Part shown: in pieces, positions 19,539 through 21,978 of the stretch | Numbering within the stretch: the stretch's first letter is position 1 | How the letters are laid out: the number at the start of each line of letters is the position of its first letter | Assembly: GCF_000281045.1 (NCBI RefSeq) | Contig: NW_008246097.1 | Span: forward strand, 607,911 to 629,888 | Length of the DNA stretch: 21,978 nucleotides | Direction: 5' to 3' | Source of the DNA: Saprolegnia diclina VS20 | Taxonomy: Eukaryota | Made by a program: the position numbers and the translations under genes | The notes under the pieces: generated by a model | Told to the model about the DNA's origin: nothing | Database searches by the model: none | What the model saw: only the letters and a program-made list of their open reading frames with translations

Positions 19539-20593
19539 GGACTTTTTGGGAATGAAAAGCTCGACTGCAGTTGCTGACTCCTCATCCAAATAGATTCCTA
19601 TCTTTGTGAATGGCCCGAGCGGGGCACCCCGTCTAGCTATTTAGGTCACAGCCAGCTAAAACGTATCAAGCGGCTAGCGAGTGCGCAAAGCTATAAGTTC
19701 TTGCACGGGTCTAATTACTCCGGAGACGCATCTGTGCCATCATCTATCAGGCGGCTAGTTCTCACATTCGACCTAAAGCTATCAACGCAAGTGTATGGGG
19801 AGACGTTGGAGCCCGCGCCGTCCAAGAAGGGACTGACGAGTGGGTCGAAAGGGCGTTGAGTGGTTGAGAGGATTGGAGCTTGACGAGCAATTCGCAAATG
19901 AGCTCGTCTGCTTCGTCGTGGATCTTGGCGGTTGCACCCATCGGTCGCTATAATACGCGAGTTGGTTGCGCCGCCATCTTGGGCGAGAAATGGCGGCTCG
20001 GCAAAGCAGTTCAAGATGGCGCCCTTGCTTCCCCTAGGTCCAACACGGCACAGCTTTTCGATCGCCGACCGATATTCAGCCCTCTCATCGGTTGCCAGCT
20101 CGGGTGCAACAATAGCGGACTGGAGGAGGGGAGTCAAAGGGTGCGCTCAGGAATTCCTTTGTCCGCACTGACAGCGTCCATCCAACGTTGCTGCAAGTTC
20201 TGTTGGCGGAACCGACGCGAGATGGGGCTCTCGCCTCGGAGAGGAGGCTACGCACTTGTGACGCGTCGCTGAGGATCAAGTTAAAAGGCCTGAAGTCACC
20301 ACACCGCGCACCTGTGCAGTTGTATGGCTGGCTACCCACGGCGGCAGCGCGTCTCTGAATTGCATTTGGCAGCGCTGTACGCTTTGCCTGCCTCCTTTGC
20401 GGCTGTGCGTCACCGTCTGCCTTTGAAAAAGTCCTGGACTGTGCAAGCTGAAGGCAGTCACAGCTATGACGCCATCACGATTGCGTCGTAGCGACCCATA
20501 CGTCGTAGCAGTGAGCGTTCGCTGCCCTGCTACACAGGGTCGTTGCATGCATCGATACGGCATATAAATAGCACCAAGAGCTTGGATAGCGCA

Positions 20594-21062
20594 ATGGCGA
20601 CCGGCGTTGCCATCGTCTTCCTTCTCGGACTACTCCTACGTGTGGGCGCGACCGATACGTTTCCCAACCCGACGCCCGAAGGCAAGTCGTGGGCGCCGTG
20701 CTCGTCGGCAGTGTTGGCGGTTGCAGCCCAAGGCGATGGGTCCACGCCCGGCTCATGCATGAGCTGCGACCCAACGTACAACAAGTGCCCCGCCAAGTGC
20801 CAGCCGCTCATCAACACCATGTACAGCGACTGCGACGGCGTCTACACGCCTCCAGGTATGACGTCGTTTCTCCTGTAGCAGCGACGCACCCTGTTCTCCA
20901 GGTCACTTTTTTGACCCGGCGGCCAAGATCTCGGGCTACTGGAACGGACAGGTCAACGTGTCGCGTATCGCGGTCGAGCGTTGTGGGTGCAGTCGCGCAC
21001 TAACCGCCCACAGCAGCCTCGGACTCGCACTTGCTCCCGCTCTTTGGCTCCTTTTTTCCTAA
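20594..21062 (+). CDS. Small cysteine-rich secreted protein, probably GPI-anchored (140 aa)
   Basis: Exons 20594-20855 and 20902-21062 (intron GTATGA...CTCCAG, 46 bp). Signal peptide MATGVAIVFLLGLLLRVGA, 8 Cys, C-terminal hydrophobic tail SRALTAHSSLGLALAPALWLLFS*. Confidence 0.8.
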
Positions 21063-21954
21063 CTTCAACACCGAAACATTGATCGCTGAATGCTGAGCAC
21101 ATCGCACGTCTGTCTCGCTGGCGAGGCTAGAGATGCCCAAGACACCAACGTCGTCGAGCTTAGCCTTAGTTATGCACTACCACCCAGAGGTGCGTCGGCG
21201 GCGCAGCTCGCGGCCTACAACCTCGACGCGCGATCGTCAAGCCAAGTTGCTTGCGGCGCTGCAAGGGTGCGAGCAGCAACGAGTCGCTGTTGTCGCCATC
21301 GTCGTCGAGAAACGAGTACTACTGCATGGAGGTATGTGTTGGATGCAAACGAGTGAATGCGATGATGGATGGGCGCTGCGATGCTACTTTGCTACTTTGC
21401 TACACGACTAGACTGTGCTACGCTCCTAAACGCCTAAACCAGCGCAAGCGAGCGACGTCCGCCGGTAAGGATGGCAGAGCCTGTGGGCCGAATGCTGCGA
21501 TCTCCTCACCCCGACGTAGCACGAAGGCTACCCCGACCCGGCGGCGGTGCGGACCCCTGCAAAATGAGAAATGAAATCGCTGGTTTTTTCGCGTGTAAAG
21601 GTGTCAAAGTGTAAAATGCACGATGCAGAATCGACGTTGCACAGTCCCAGAGCACGTTGCCGCGCTGTCGCTCTGGGCAGTCGCTCTGCGAGCCGTCGGG
21701 CACACAGCAAGGCCAGAACGAACTCGAGTTTCGAAACGATGGCGACAAGGGATAGGGTTGGTTGCGTGGTATGAGGTGGTGGTATGGGTTGAGTGCGGTG
21801 GCTCGTGCATGACTGAGAGTATGCCAGAATCGAGGCATCTATCGGGAATCTAGAGCATGTTGCTGCTGTACGTTGCATGCAATGACTGGATATCGAGTTG
21901 CGCTGCATGCAAAAACATGTCGTATTCATCGCTTACTCTGCATCGAGGACCATC

Positions 21955-21978
21955 ATGGCGAGCACGGGCGACACGACC
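21955..21978 (+). CDS. Possible start of the next gene (MASTGDTT...), truncated by the window edge
   Basis: ATCATGGCG start context followed by mostly C/G-ending codons; too short to verify. Confidence 0.25.

Noticed and set aside
21090..21930. Short ORFs and a G/T-rich tract (about 21750-21800)
   Set aside because: No gene model can be supported; the tract is not a regular or telomeric (TTTAGGG) repeat.
1..21978. CRISPR arrays, tRNA/rRNA genes, operons, intact transposons
   Set aside because: Eukaryotic intron-containing DNA; no spaced direct repeats, RNA-gene signatures, TIRs or LTRs were seen.

Overview
Gene-dense eukaryotic genomic DNA, GC-rich, with very short (41-60 bp) GT-AG introns. 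This architecture and the gene content suggest an oomycete, most likely Saprolegniales (inference). Spliced models were rebuilt by hand: the 3' part of SRP receptor alpha (+), an RNF4/Slx8-like SIM+RING ligase (+), a 13-exon RalGAP beta-like gene (-), NPRL3 (-), an MFS sugar porter (+), a candidate N-myristoylated ankyrin protein (-), CTF8 (+), a membrane-anchored SDR (-), prolyl-tRNA synthetase with an N-terminal ProX/YbaK domain (+), a spliced MULE-like Zn-finger/helical protein lacking a DDE domain (-), and a small Cys-rich secreted, probably GPI-anchored protein (+). I found no RNA genes, CRISPR arrays or intact mobile elements, and I cannot support a wholly new multi-gene system. The best leads are an 8-mer (TCCGGATA) just upstream of five separate genes, the possibly domesticated MULE-derived gene, and a RalGAP beta that keeps the Asn-thumb residue and lies next to NPRL3.
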